A stretch of DNA of 64,000 nt from Callorhinchus milii (Eukaryota). The number at the start of each line of letters is the position of its first letter. Position 1 is the stretch's first letter. The stretch covers positions 42,720,001 through 42,784,000 of the forward strand of contig NW_024704743.1 in NCBI RefSeq assembly GCF_018977255.1, given 5' to 3'. The translations under genes and the position numbers were made by a program. The notes under the pieces are model-generated. The model saw nothing but the letters and a program-made list of their open reading frames with translations. It was not told where the DNA came from and made no database searches. This document shows positions 11,224 through 25,137 of the stretch, one piece after another.

Positions 11224-11677
11224 TAATAAAAATAATAATAATAATCCTTGCATTTGATACAACGCCTTATCACATGCTCGAGACGTCTCAAAGCGCTTCA
11301 CAGAATATGGTGTAAAGTGAATTGACTGTATATATTTGTGGGCGAAATGCAGCAGCCAATTGCGCACAGCAGTATCCCTCAAACAGTTGTGGATTGAGAG
11401 ACCAAATTATTATTATTTATTTTGAAGGGATTATTACCCACGGAAAAGCGATCCGTCAATCGACTAACAACCGGATTCCTACTTATTGCGCTCTGAGAGG
11501 CCACCCGGCATAGAGGGTGCTATATAAATGCAAGTTGTTGTTGTTGTTGTTACCGCTTGGTAAACAGAAGCATGTGGAGTAAGGAAACTTGCCTAATGTT
11601 TCGCCTTGCCCGGGAATCAAACCTAGGTCCTCTCACTTACAAGGCGAGTGCTCTAGCCAATACTCTACAGGACTCCA
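11224..11677 (-). mobile_element. tRNA-derived SINE, older long subfamily, interrupted by a solo L2 tail (~11490-11550, +)
   Basis: Head (reverse complement ends TACAGGACTCCA), long central domain and (TAA)n tail. The insert is flanked by TTATTGC / TTACCGC, a possible degenerate target-site duplication. Confidence 0.85.
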
Positions 11678-11769
11678 GAGGTATAGTGGATGCAAACTGC
11701 AATAAATATTCCATAACTACATATTGCTTATTAAGAGAAATACTAGAAAATAATCTCCACACACTGTTT

Positions 11770-13160
11770 ATACACCTCTCCCTGTCCACTGGTATCGTTC
11801 ACACCCCTTTAAAAACAGCCATCATCACTCCTATCCTTAAAACCCCTCCCTGGACCCATTCCTGCTCTCAAACTATTGCCCCATTTCTAACCTCCCTTTG
11901 CTCTCCAAGGTCCTGGAACGAGTTGTTGCTTCCCATGTTCACTCCTTTCTCTTCCGCAACTACCTTCACAAACCCCTCCAATTGGGTTTCCTTGCCGCCC
12001 ACAGCACAGAAATAGCCCTGGTCAAAGTGACAAATAACATTCTGTCCATCTGCGACCAGGGTTCCCTCTGCCTCCTCATCCTCCTTGACCTCGCTGATGC
12101 CTTCAACACCGCTGACCACTTTATCCTCATCCACTGCCTTTCCTTTCACCTCAACCTTCACGGTTCTGTCCTGGTTCAGATCGTTCCTCTCACACCGTTT
12201 CCACTTCATTTCTACAAATGGTTTCTCCTCTAGCCCCCGCACCATCTCGTGCGGCATTCCTCAGGGCTCTGTCCTTGATCCCCTCTTCTTCAATACCTAT
12301 ATGCTCCCTCTTGATGACATTATCCGCAGACATGGGGTCAACTTCCATGACACCCAACTGTCCCTCTCTGCCTCCACACCTCAGGCGCTGACAGCATCAC
12401 CATCCATGGTTGCACACTCCACCTTGCTAAGCCAGTCCGGAACCTTGAGGTCTTGTTTGACCCTCAACTATCCTTTCTAACCCACATCCATGCCATGATC
12501 CATTCTGCCTTCCCCCACCTCCGCAACGTCACCCGGCTCTGCCACTGTCTCACACCGCAGGTCACCAAAACCCCTCATACACACATTCATAACATCGAGG
12601 TTTGACTATGCAAACTCCTTGGTTGTCAGTCTCCCCAACTTTTCCCTCCATAGGCTGCAGATCATCCAGAACTTTCTCACACCAGGCTCCGTGACCCTAT
12701 CACCTCCATCCTCGCCCGACTCCACTGGCTTCCCATCACACATAGGATACAATTCAAGATCCTGCTCCTCACCTTCAAAGCCCTCCATTGCCTTGCTCCC
12801 AATTACCTCTGCGATCTTCTCCCCAATCCTCCTGCCTGCTCCCTCTTCTTTGTGGGCAGCCAGCTTCACGTCCCCTGCCTCACCCGCCCTACCATTGGTG
12901 GGCAAGCCTTCTGCCACTCTTCCCCCAACCTCTGGAACTCCATCCCGCAGTCCCTGCGCCTCGCCCCCTCCTTGCCTCCTTCAAGATCCATCTCAAGACC
13001 CTCCTCTTCAACCGTGCTTTCGATCACCCTGCTTCCCTCTCTGCCCTCAACCCTACCCAATCCTGATCCCTACCTTGGCTCCGAAACACTGACTGTCTAG
13101 CATCTTGGGACGTCCTCCCGACATGAAAGGCGCTATAAACATGTAATTTTATTGTTGTTG
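11770..13160 (+). mobile_element. L2 LINE, 5'-truncated, internally deleted
   Basis: [21 protein letters not shown] and [11 protein letters not shown] motifs; tail GGGACGTCCTCCCGACATGAAAGGCGCT...TTGTTGTTG. Confidence 0.93.
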
Positions 13161-13164
13161 TATA

Positions 13165-16100
13165 TAGAGGGTGAACTCCAACCTGTTGATATTCCTCCCC
13201 TAGGGGGTAATATATAGGTAAGAGAAACCATAAGTTAGCATTAGAAAAAGTAAAGATGACAGTGCAGAATAGCATGCCAAATAATAGGAATATGTTAACT
13301 AGGGGTAAGAAGCTTGGCAATCAGAGAATAGAGGAAATGGTAGGAAATTAAAAATGTTATATCTGAATGCGCAAGGCATTCAGAATAAAACTGATGAATT
13401 AAAAGCACAGATAGACACATATGGGTACGATCTAGTAGCCATCACTGAAACATGGTTACAAGGAGATCTAGGGTGGGAGTTAAATATTCCAGGGTTCTCA
13501 GTTTACAGGAATGATAGGCACTGTGGGAAAAGAGGTGGGGGTGGTGGTGGGGGGGCGGGATAGCCCTGTTAATTAGGGATGAAATAAAAGCAGTGAAGAG
13601 GAAGGATCTGAAATCCGATGACCAGGTGATCGAGACAGTACAAAATAAAAAATAATAAAGGGCAGAAAATATTAATGGGAGTGGTTTATAGACCCCCAAA
13701 CAGTGATCACAATATAGCACAGGGTATTAATCAAGAAATCAGTGGAGCATGTAGGAAAGGTAAAGTGATAATAGTAGGTTATTTCAATCTCCACATAGAT
13801 TGGGAAAACCAAATCGGCAAAAGTAGGTCAGAAGAAGAGTTCACTGAGTGTATGAGAGATAACTTTCTAGAGCAGCATGCCGAGGAACCAACTAGAGGAC
13901 AGGCCATCCTAGACCTTGTTTTATGTAACGAAACAGAGCTAGTTGGCAGTGTAGGTATTAAGAATCTTCTAGGGCAGAGTGATCACAATATGATTGAATT
14001 CTGCATTAAGTTAGAGAGGGATATAGTTAGATCCAAGGCAAGTATTCTGAATTTAAATAGGGCTAATTTTGTAGGTATGAGGAAAGATTTAGGTAAAATA
14101 GACTGGAGAATAAGATTAAGAGGTAAAAATGTAGACCAACAGTGGCAAATATTTAAGGATGTAGTGCAAAATTCTCAGCGGTCGCATATTCCCTTGCGGA
14201 ATAAGAGTACCACAGGGAAAGCAATTCATCCGTGGCTAACTAGAGCAGTTAGGGAAAGCATCAAATTAAAAGAAAAGGCTTATAAAATTGCCAAGAAAAG
14301 CAACAAATCTGAAGATTGGGAGAGTTTTAGAAACCAGCAAAAAAAAACTAAAAAACTCATTAAGAGCGAGAAAAAGGAGTATGAGGGTAAGCTAGCTAGG
14401 AACTATAGTCTGATTGTAAAAGTTTTTACAAATATATTAAGGGGAATAGGCTAGTGAGGGTAAATATAGGTCCACTTCAGTCAAAGACGGGAGAAGTTGT
14501 AATGGGGGATAAGGACATGGCAGAGTCCCTAAATGTGTACTTTTCATCTGTCTTCACCCTAGAAGACACAGCAAGTCTGCCAACAATAGAGATGCACCAA
14601 AGGGATAAGGACAGGGAGCAACTTAGGGAAATTTTCATTAGTAGAGAATTGGTGCTAAGGAAACTGTTAGCACTAAAAAGTGACAAATCCCTTGGTCCGG
14701 ATGGCTTGCATCCCAGGGTTTTAAAAGAGGTAGCTTATGAGATAGTGGAGGCCTTGTGTCTGATCTTCCAAAATTCCTTGGATTCTGGAACAGTCCCCAT
14801 GGATTGGAAGATCGCAAATGTCACACCACTATTTAAAAAAGGTGGAAAGGAAAAGATGGGGATCTGTAGGCCAGTTAGTCTCACATCAGTGAGAGGAAAC
14901 AATTTAGAATCGTTGATTAAGGATGTGGTAGTACGGTATTTAGGGCACAATATCATTAGGCCAAGTCAACATGGCTTTACAAAAGGGAAGTCATGTTTGA
15001 CAAATCTCATAGAGATTTTTGAGGATATTTCCAGTAAACAAGATAAGGGTGAATCAGTGGATGTGGTCTATTTGGACTTCCAGAAGGCATTCGATAAGGT
15101 GCCACATAAAAGGTTAGTCCAAAAGATAAGGACCCATGGAATTGGGGGGAGCATGTTAACATGGATTGGAGAATGGTTAACCGGTAGGAAACAAAGAGTA
15201 GGGATAAACGGGTCCTCTTCAGATTGGCGGGATGTGACTAGTGGAGTGCCACAAGGATAAGTCCTTGTGCCTCAGCTATTTACCATCTACATTAATGATC
15301 TAGATGAGGACATCAAAGTTAATATATCTAAATTCCCGGATGACACAAAACTAGGAGGAAGTGTCAACACAGAGGACGACATTAAAAAATGCAGCGAGAC
15401 ATAGATAGGTTAGGTGATTGGGCAGGTAGGTGGCAGATGAAGTATAATGTAGGGAAGTGTGAAGTCATCCACCTCGGTAGCAAAAACAGTAGAGCGGGTT
15501 ATTTTTTAGAAGGGGAGAGATTGGAATGTGTTAGCGTCCAGAGGGACTTGGGTGTCCTTGTACACCAATCACAGAAAGTTAGTCTGCAGGTGCAGCAGCA
15601 ATTAGGAAGGCGAACGGTATGTTAGCATTCATTATGAAAGGATTAGAGTATAAGAGTAGGGAAGTCTTTGCTGCAACTGTATAAGGCCCTGGTGAGACCA
15701 CACCTGGAATACTGTGTCCAGTTTTAGTCTCCTTATTTAAGGAAGGATGTACTTGCCTTGGAGGGGGTGCAGCGTAGATTGACTACGTTAGTACCAGGGA
15801 TGAAGGGGATGAGTTACGAGGATAGGCTGACCAATTTGGGCCTATATTCTCTAGAATATAGAAGAATTAGAGGGGATCTTATAGAAACCTATAGGATCAT
15901 CAAAGGGCATGATAGAGTAGATAGTGGGAGATTGTTTCCCCTGGTTGGAGAAACTAAACCAGGGGTCACAACCTTAAAATCAGAGGCCAGCCTTTTCGCA
16001 CTGAGTTGAGGAAGAACTTCGTCACTTAAAGGATGGTGAATGTATGGAATTCACTACCCCAAAGGGCTGTTGACGCTCAGTCCTTGAACATATTCAAGAC

Positions 16101-16270
16101 TGAGATAGACAGATTTCTTATTGCAAAAGGGATTAAGAGATATGGGGATAAGGCAGGGTCAGGTTATTAGCTGGAGTTAGATTAGAAGATCAGCCATGAT
16201 TGAATGGCGGGGCAGGCTCGAAGGGCCGAATTGCCTACTCCTGCTCCTACAAGTTATGTTATGTTATGTA
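13165..16270 (+). mobile_element. CR1-clade LINE, near-complete ORF2 (APE endonuclease + RT), disabled
   Basis: LYLNAQGI, AITETWL, GVVYRPP and SDHN (APE); GPDGLHPRVLKE, QHGFTKGKSCLTNL, YLDFQKAFDKVPH and SGVPQG (RT). Several frameshifts and stops (e.g. 15258-15260). CR1 3' end GAAGGGCCGAATTGCCTACTCCTGCTCC followed by (TTATG)n. Confidence 0.97.
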
Positions 16271-16953
16271 TGGATTGCACAGCCCTGTTTATTTAGAGGG
16301 TGGATTCCACAGCCTTGTTTGCTTTAGAAGTGAATTTAGAGTTGGCGTCAATGACTGCATCGTAAAGTTATGCATGGAGGAAAAATACAAACAAAATATC
16401 ATCTCTACAAAACCGTCAACAAGTCATTCCTGCACAGCCAGTTATGAAGTTGAGGATTGAAGCACTGTAAAGTAAAATATAATTATATACTGCAGCCATC
16501 TCTAGAGGAAAGCTCAACTGATCCCAGCTTTAGAGGGATGAACTACGAGGAATGATTAGATAAACTCCGCTCTTTATCCTTAAAAAGAGACATCTCAGAG
16601 TGGACTTTATAGTGGTTCATAAGATGCTTAATGAGATTGAGAAAGTAAACCAGGAGCAATACTTTCAGATATGCCAAGAAAGCAGGCCAAGTGGGAAGAG
16701 ATTTAGGGTTGTGAAGGACAATTTCATACAAACATTCGCAAGTATTACATTGCAAATAGATTAATCGATAACTGGAATGTGTTTCCAGGAAGAGGCCAGT
16801 ATACTTACAAAACAGCTTGATGTTGTAATGGGACGATATTATAATATCCTGAGAAAATGTGCACCCATGGGCCAAATGGCTTCATCCCACCCTCTCTCAT
16901 GAATTTATGAGGTCAGAGATTTGATTAATTCTTTCAATGGTAATTCCATGCTT

Positions 16954-16971
16954 TGCCCACTAGATGGCGAT
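16954..16971 (+). promoter_or_regulatory. CTCF-like motif (forward)
   Basis: TGCCCACTAGATGGCGAT closely fits the CTCF core consensus and retains a CpG. Confidence 0.5.
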
Positions 16972-18379
16972 CAGCAACGAATTGTGAAATTCTCCACATT
17001 TTTAGCAATTCTCCAAACCAATCAGATTCTATACTTTGTGCCAATTTAACCTGACAGCGGGTGTATAAAAAATAGGTAATTTGATTAGACAGTTACCGAG
17101 ATGGACAGAAAGACCTTCTTCATCCATACCAATCTTGTTATTTTGTGAAGAACCAAAAATATGCAATGATTGGTTAGTTTAAACCCACCAGAGAACAGAA
17201 TATGGTGCCTTCCTCAGGTTGCCAACTCTGGTTGGATATAGTCCAGGAGGTTGCTATTGTAAAGTGAGACACCACTGACTTTATGGTAGAGTCGTAAAGC
17301 GTAAATATTAATAATAAACCTTGCATTGGATTATAGCGCCTTATCACGGCACAGCAATGTCTCACAAATAGCCATGGAGTGACTGACCAGGAGAAACTCC
17401 CTTCTTTTTTTGTAAACTGCATCGTAATGACCTGATGATGACGCTGAGTCCCAAGAATTCCCTATGATTTTTCTCCCAGGTTGCTCGAAGCAATATCCGG
17501 GAGATTACATTTTAATGCTTGCAAACACCAGGACACTCCGGCTGGGAGTACTCAGATGGGTTTATACATCAACTGATGGGAAATTCAAATTAGCACTGGT
17601 GATAGGTATTTAATGGCAATAAATATCACAACAAGTGTCCTAAACTCACACATTTCACCTCTCTATACCAAAACCTCTTGTTATTCATCCAATAACTATA
17701 TCCTTGTGTGTCAAGTAGATGTTGGTAGCGCTCTTATTCTGAGTCAGAGGAGTATGAGTATGAGTCTCACACCATCCTCACTGAACAGCTGACTGTAGCT
17801 TGGCATTGCTGACAATTTCACACAGACATTAGCAAATATTACATTGCAAATATATGAGAGGTTAACCAGAGGATAACCAGAGATCCTGTTCAGATGGGCA
17901 TTAAAGATCACCCAAGGCACTGAGTACAGGGAGGGCTCCTGGGAAATATATTGTCATGATTTCAAAATTGTATCGGTGCTGTGTAAACTGGTAATACCTC
18001 AAGTTAGCCTGCAGAGAGCAGAATGATCTGCTGGATCACTTACAAAGATCAATTTCCTGAAGAACAGGTTGTCGGCCTTTGTTTAAATTTCAGGCAGCCA
18101 CTTGAAATACATTACAAAAAGACTTGCATTTTAGGATGAGAAAGTCAGATGTGGCCATCTGCTGCTGCACCTCTACCACTATTGCAGAATATTACAGGCT
18201 GTAAATTATTTCAGCTTTGTCTTACCATAAGATCGATGTAATACCATCCACAGCTTAAACTCAACAGCACCTGCTGACTACACCATCAACTGGGATACTT
18301 ATTGGTGTGGTTTTCCTTTGAATAAGTTTGATCCAGAAGATGTGTTAGTTAAATCACGTTGGAGAGATGGATTTTTGAC

Positions 18380-18610
18380 AAACTCCAAGGCACTAGATCA
18401 AAGTTGCAAAGGATAATTTCAAGACAGATACAGAACTTGTTTTTACCCAAAGGGTAATTACCAATTGAAACGGATTGCCAAGAAGGGTTGTTGATGGCAG
18501 GACACTGGACTCATTTCAAAAGTAGCTTGTTGCTATGATGTTAGGGTGGAGAGCTAAGATCAGATGGGCCAAAGGGCCTTCTTCATCCAAACTAATCTTG
18601 TCATCTTGCG
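18380..18610 (+). mobile_element. Old CR1 3' fragment (related pieces at ~16590-16900, 20920-21095, 35740-35975)
   Basis: Shared GATCAGATGGGCCAAAGGGCCTTCTTCATCCAAA tail and TTGCCAxGAAGGGT segment. Confidence 0.7.
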
Positions 18611-21099
18611 ACCTCTAACTGGCTTACGGTAATAATTATGCACTGTGCTCCCCGGACATTTTTCGTACTTCGCCAGCTATCAGAAACTGTTCTTAGTTGT
18701 TTGCAGATATCGCAAATTTTGGATGTTTGAAATTAACCATTAAATCCAGTTTGTGAATATCATAAATTAGACCCTTTCTCTACTGCTCCATCATTATATT
18801 GATCACATAGCACACCTGTGAAACTTGGGCCCTGATTTTTTTATGTTGCAACACAACCATTAATATAATAAAGGTTATTGTTCTTTTGGTTCACCTACAA
18901 ATACACAGTCACTAAACTTTACAGTAAAATTCTACAAAACACTTTGAGACGTTTGATCAACATGAACAGGGTTATATTAAACGTAACTGCATAGCATTGA
19001 GAGCCCTGTCTGACAAGCCTACTGCTGCTCATCCAGCTAGGATCACCCTAGCCGTTAGGTCTTTGGTTTGCAAGGAACTGGAGTGGGAAGAATCCCTGCC
19101 ACAGTGAAATTTAGATTAAGAATATTACTAAGGTTTTCAATAGCACAGCATCAGTGGCAACCGCAAGTAGGCTAGTGAGGCTATTCAGAACAGTAGGAGT
19201 ACTTTTGTATGCAAGTTTCCTTACTCCACATGCCTCTGTTTACCTAACAGTAAGTAGGAACCCAGTTGTTAGTCTATTGGCGGATCGCTTGCCGGGGTAA
19301 TAATCCCTCAAAAACAAATTGGTCACTCAATCCATGACTGTTTGTGGGACATGCTGTGCACAAGTGACCTCAACATGTTAGTGCATCACAAATGTACTTG
19401 TAATGTGGACAGACAGAACATCATTCTCTCCACCCAGAAGAAATAGAAAGAGAAATGTTGAAGACCACAGAGGGGAAGGACATGATTTCACACCCAGGAA
19501 TATCCACATGGTAATCAGTCTCTTGGATAAATCATGTTGCAAGTGGGGACAGGAGACAAATCTGAATTTTATTTTCATGGAAATGTACTCATCTTAAAAT
19601 ACAAGTAAGACTCTTAGTGGCAATTAGAAATAATCAAAAATGTTGTTAAAATGGCAATTAATGACTGAAAACATTGCAACAAAAATAAATTATAAATAAA
19701 AATAAATATTCACTGAATAGTGTGGATTTAGCAAAGTTGTTGAATCATACTTGCTCCAATTGTAATCAAAAGAGGTGAGGGAAGAAAGAAGGGTAAAGAA
19801 ACCATATACTGTTTCTCCATCTCCGGTCCATTCCTGTGGGAAAGGGTAAAAGCCTTGACCTGCCTGAACGTTACTGTGGTTCAGTGCTAGTCAGATAGTG
19901 ACAGAACTGTGCCATATGCAGTATAGACCATAAAATTAAAGAATGAGGAGGGTCTGAAACAGAAGAGGACCACACCACCCCGGAAGAAACACTCTTCACT
20001 TTTTGAATAGAATCATGGGATCTTTATCAACCATCTTTGAGGTTGGAACTTTTCTTCTCCAATCTGCTTTGTATATATTACAATGAATGGGAATGTGCCT
20101 CTATGCAATGATACATTGTGGGAGAAGCAATATCACAACAAACGTGATTCCCATTTGTGCCTATTTTGATATGTGCCTCCATTGTGGAGTTAAAAACCTG
20201 TCAGTTTCAAACTTAGACAGACCCTGAAAACACTGTCAGAAATAATGATACTGTTCAATGGAATGGAACACTGAATCTTCCTCAAGCTTCCTCAAAACCG
20301 TTTCGCTAGCAACAACAACAACAAAATTACATTTATAGAGCGCCTTTCACATCGGGAGGACATTCCAAAGTGCTAGGTTTTAAATATATTTATTTATATT
20401 ATAGTAGAACTAGCATGCATGTGGAAATTTTTTATTGCCAGCCCCTTCATTCGCATAATTATTATAATGTCAGTCTGCCCCAAAAGGATATAATCTACTT
20501 CTCCCATTTATTGTTTCAATGCAAAATAAAACATTAAAACAACCAACGTTTAAACTAAATTAAAATTTCTGCGTATAAACAGCATGTAATCAAGGTGGTG
20601 TGTGTTGGCACCAAATGATACTATCATTATCTGTGTGTGTTTTATACACTTTCTCCTAAACCCTGCATCAATGCTATCCTCAGGCAAATGGAGGTAGGAT
20701 CCATTCTGTAGACAAAACTATGAATGTTGCTCCTTACCCAATCCAGTGGAATCGATCATACTTTGAACTATCCAGGAAAAGCTCAACTTTGCTTCTGAAC
20801 AATTTTTCACACCTTTTGAAAGTTAGCAGATGCTCCAGGAAACACTGGTGTGACTGAGCTTCTTTGAGTTGTATCAACCATGAGGTCTTTCCAGTTCTTG
20901 AGCTGGGTTATCTTCATCTTTACCCAGAGAGTAATTAATGACTGGAGCAAGTTGCCAGGAAGAGGGTTTAGGCCAGGACTCATTTAAAAGACAGCTTGAT
21001 GCTGTGATGGCCGAACGGAAGAGGGTGGGTGTTCTGGAGGGATGAGATCAGATGGGCCAAAGGGCCTTCTTCATCCAAATCAATCTTGTGATATTCCTC

Positions 21100-21640
21100 A
21101 GAGCTACGGGAAGCTGTGCAGAGCTGCTCAGTAGTCATGGACAATCTTAGACATATATTATCGGAAGGCTTTCCCCCGCATTCAACGATGGCTTTAAGTA
21201 CTCTGATCATTCTCTCAATGTCACAATGGAATACAAATTTACATTTATGTAGCGCCTTTGATCCTGGGAGGATATTTCTATTGACTTGAAGCTGGTGAGG
21301 TATTTTCTTGTCTTGCTGAAAGCCAAAATAGTTGGCAAACAAGATAATGTTTAATCTATTTAAAGGTGGGGCAATGTCGTCTTTAACAACATTTAGAATG
21401 CTGTAAGTTGAAAGGTTTTGTTCAGTTTTGATGGCTTTACTTGGGATGCTTGGCACCATATCAACTTCTGGGTTTCTCATGTAGTCATCCATTACAGCCA
21501 CCAGGTGTCTCCTATTAGTCACAGAAATCAATGTATCTTCAGTCAATGGTCCGATTGGTAATCTGTCTTTGTAGTTTTAGTTACTGTGGCCTTGCAGAGT
21601 TGGCAGTTCTTAAAGCAACAAAAATATTTGCATTTAAACA
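21100..21640 (-). mobile_element. Gypsy LTR-retrotransposon integrase relic, interrupted by a solo L2 tail (~21230-21275)
   Basis: Minus strand CQLC, HLVAVMDDYMRNPEVDMV, VVKDDIAPPLN, FANYFGFQQDKKIP and DIERMIRVLKAI follow the order of the Gypsy rve core (VVIDxYSRYPEV / SDNGPPFN / ER). Confidence 0.75.
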
Positions 21641-22800
21641 GCGTATTATCAGGGTGACATGTATTGACATCACGCCAAATAATAATCGTGAAAGACGGAG
21701 AACTGGGCCATTTGGTTTTGAGGAATGGGTGAGACAGAGTATTTTACTTTCTCAGTGACATCAAGAACCTCTATTTATGGCAATTCTTCACATAAAAATT
21801 ACAGCATAACAGGAGGCCATTCAGCCCATCAAGCTTAATGTGGTGCAGGCATCTCCACTGGAGCTATAAACCCTAACCTCAAATACCAAACCCTAACTCC
21901 AAATAGCATACCCTCATCCCAAACTCAAAGGCAGTGGGTCATTCACGTGCATCTCAGATTGATAGTTCTTCAGTCGTAAATGTTTTAAAAAACACAGAGA
22001 CAGTCCTTAAAAGATGATTATTGGCTATTGTAGATTGTAGACCACTTAACTAAAATAGAGCGCAGTGCTTTGTGAAGCAGAGTGTCACCATGGGACACTG
22101 AATCAAAACGCCTGGTTATGCATTTGTCTTTGGACTCTGAGACCAAAATATTACACGTCTAGCAGTGATAAAAGCGATCCATTGGCTTACATCTCAAATG
22201 TGGATTAGTAGAGCAGTAGTTTAGTGGGTAGCAGTTGAGAATTACGTTTAGCTGTCACGTCTACTGATGGACCACTGTCAATTAGGACCGCTAGTGAATT
22301 ACCTGCAGTAGTAATGGGGTGAAAATTATGATGTGATGGGTTAATACCAAAGGTGCTAATTAGCATATTACTGAAAAAGTGATAACAATAAGAATTTACA
22401 TTTATATAGCGCATTTCAAGGCAGGAGGTTGTCTCAAAATGCTATTTCTGCTGATGTGGGGAAGGGAAGGGAGTGACTGAAACTGCAGTTGGAAAGATAA
22501 ATCCTAAGCCGGGTTTTGAAGGTGGGGCAGGATGAGGTAAAGTGGAGAGCGGGGGGAGAATGGCTGAAAGCTTGCCCACCAATGTCAGCCGGAAGGGGCT
22601 TATGTCATGTAGCAGGCCAATATTTTGCTGGGTGGGGAGAGTTGCTGGGCAGTGGAGTTTCAGGATAGAGTGAGGTGAGGCCATGGAGGTATTTCAAGAG
22701 GAAGACGAAGATCTTGAATTCCATTCTTTGGGGGATATGGAGCCAGTAGATCCGAGCTTCTATTTTCAAATAGTGTCATGGGATCTTTAACCCGCTATAC

Positions 22801-22847
<47 letters not shown>

Positions 22848-23077
22848 CCTTGCATTTGATATAGCGCTTTTCACGTCGGGAGGATGTCCCAAAGCGCTTC
22901 ACAGAACACACTGTAAAGTGAATTGACTGTATATTTGTGGGCGAACGCGGCAGCCAATTGCGCACAGCAGTGTCCCACAAACAGTCGTAGATTGAAAATG
23001 ACCAATTTATTATTGTTTTTGGTTTTTTTGGAGGGATTATTATTAGGCGTGTGGAGTAAGGAAACTTGCCCAAGGTT
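22801..23077 (-). mobile_element. tRNA-derived SINE, young subfamily, 5'-truncated, long pure (TAA)n tail
   Basis: Near-identical to the body of 60538-60860; uninterrupted TAA run at 22801-22847. Confidence 0.92.
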
Positions 23078-24719
23078 GAATAAGTTGTGAGCCACATTGA
23101 ATAGAACATTGCGTTATTATCCTATAGATACGTATTCTATATATAGAATTGTTAATTACAATAATAATGTAATCCTTGCATTTGATATTGCACCTTATCA
23201 CGTCTTTGAGATGTCTCAAAGCGCTTCACAGAATATACTGTAAAGTGAATGGACTGTATATTTTGCGGGGGAAATTATAGATACATATTTGCCCCCCACC
23301 CCTCTTGGCTCCCAGTCCCAGCATAGGTGCCAGGCCATTATTGTTAAGTGCCTGGAGACATCCTCCTGACATGAAAGGTGCTATGTAAAAGTAAATTGTA
23401 TTGTTTACATTCCACCATCCCCTGACTCCTCAGGTGGGCCTAATCTATCTGATGGTGGATTGTATGTTTGTTTCGTAGTGTGCATTTCTTTAGTTGAGTA
23501 CCTTTATATCTGCAGACTTTTGCGAAAGACTTTTGCCTTTCCTACAACACAGACAGATTGCACTTAGCAGGGCACATTGTGGTGTGCAGGGATTCACCAC
23601 CGCTGTCGTAGCCTGAGGGTTCAGGTTTGCTTTTGGCAATTCTTTCTGCACAGTTTTCAAGCCAGCTGGTCAATTTGCTACCAATTCTATGAACCCCCCA
23701 TGGGGATTCCCACTCTTCAGCAAGCTGTTTCAACCCTCTTTGTCCCCCAGTTGCCCCCACTGTGCATGAGATGTGATTATCAAGCCAAGGAACAGAATCA
23801 TTGCGGCTGAAAGGAGTTTATAACTTTTACAGAATAGAGTGGAGCAGACAGCAAAATCTTGTGATCCTAGAAGAGGAGAGGAAAAGAAAGGGGGGAGTCA
23901 TACTTTATTTTATATCTTGGACACCCCATGGTGTATCTGCAGCAGATCAGTAAATGCAGAATGGCACCGAGAATGTGAGCTGACATAGTGTTTCAAATTA
24001 AGCATTTCTGGAGAGATTCAACCTTTTCTTTTGCCAGACTAGAAGCATCCATTGAAGTGACTGGAGTTTTTTTTAAAGTGACAAAGGCTAAAAAAAATGA
24101 GTTCTGCATTAAAAATCTTTCAGCCACAGACTGCACTTTGGAATCTTCCCAAACCCATTATTGTTGTAAAGAGGAAGCCAGACTCCCATCTTGACTGCCA
24201 ACTTCAATGTCGCGGTCTTGCGTTACCACTTAGCATTTTAAAACGCTAGTGACATAAATTGCAATGCTCTTTTAGATATCCAAAATCAGGAATAAAAACT
24301 TGAAAATAGATTCAATGATGTATGAAGGGTGTCAGGCCATCTTTTAAATCCTCTATAAATCTGTGCACATTTCAAACGGGCAGAGTCTGAGTGAGGGTGT
24401 TTTAAGGTAGCAATTTGATTTATAAGATTGATCATTTATAACTGAAATGTGCTTAAGTTTTCATTCTGTATAAGTCTTGTCTGCAAATAAATGATCTCCT
24501 GCCTAGCATAATATGGAAAAGTATCAAATAAAACTTCTTTGTACGTAAAGTTCACAATTATTCAAACTACAGAAATGGTGCAAAAGCACAAATAAAATAT
24601 TACATGCAGACACTTAGCAGAACTGCTGGATAAATGATTTTATTCTATTAAGTTCTCGTCTATGTCATCAGTACTTGCTAGACAACTGCCTGAGAAGCTA
24701 CAAAAAAACTTAATGTGTC

Positions 24720-25137
24720 TGCACATTAGTAGATTTGCTAGAATTCTTCGCTTTGAGTTAGAAGGTTGTGGGTTCATCATAACTTTGAATGCATTTGTCT
24801 AGATATACTCCAATGCAGTGCTGGGGAGAATGCTGCATGATCAGAAGAGCCGTTCTTCAGATGAGACATTAAACCAAGGTCCCGTCTGCCTATTCAGGTG
24901 CATGTTAAGGATCGCATGGCACAATTAGAAAACAGAAGGAAGTTTCTCGTGGTATCCTGGCTAACAATCCCCTAAACAAAATTGGTCACTCACTCCATGG
25001 ATGTTTGTGAGACTTTGCTGTATGCACACTGACTGCCAATTCGCTTACAAGTGTACAGTCACTTCAAAATCCTGTGAAGTCCATTAAGGCAACTCAGTGA
25101 CGTTGCAAAGCACTGTATCAAATGCAAGGATTGTTAT
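24720..25137 (+). mobile_element. Deu-domain SINE, near full length
   Basis: Degenerate tRNA head (GTGGGTTCATC), core CAGATGAGACATTAAACCAAGGTCCCGTCTGCCTATTCAGGTG...CATGGCAC, and tail ATCAAATGCAAGGATT. Confidence 0.8.

Noticed and set aside
20980..21546. 188-aa minus-strand ORF as a host gene
   Set aside because: Chimeric read-through of an integrase relic, an L2 tail and a CR1 tail.
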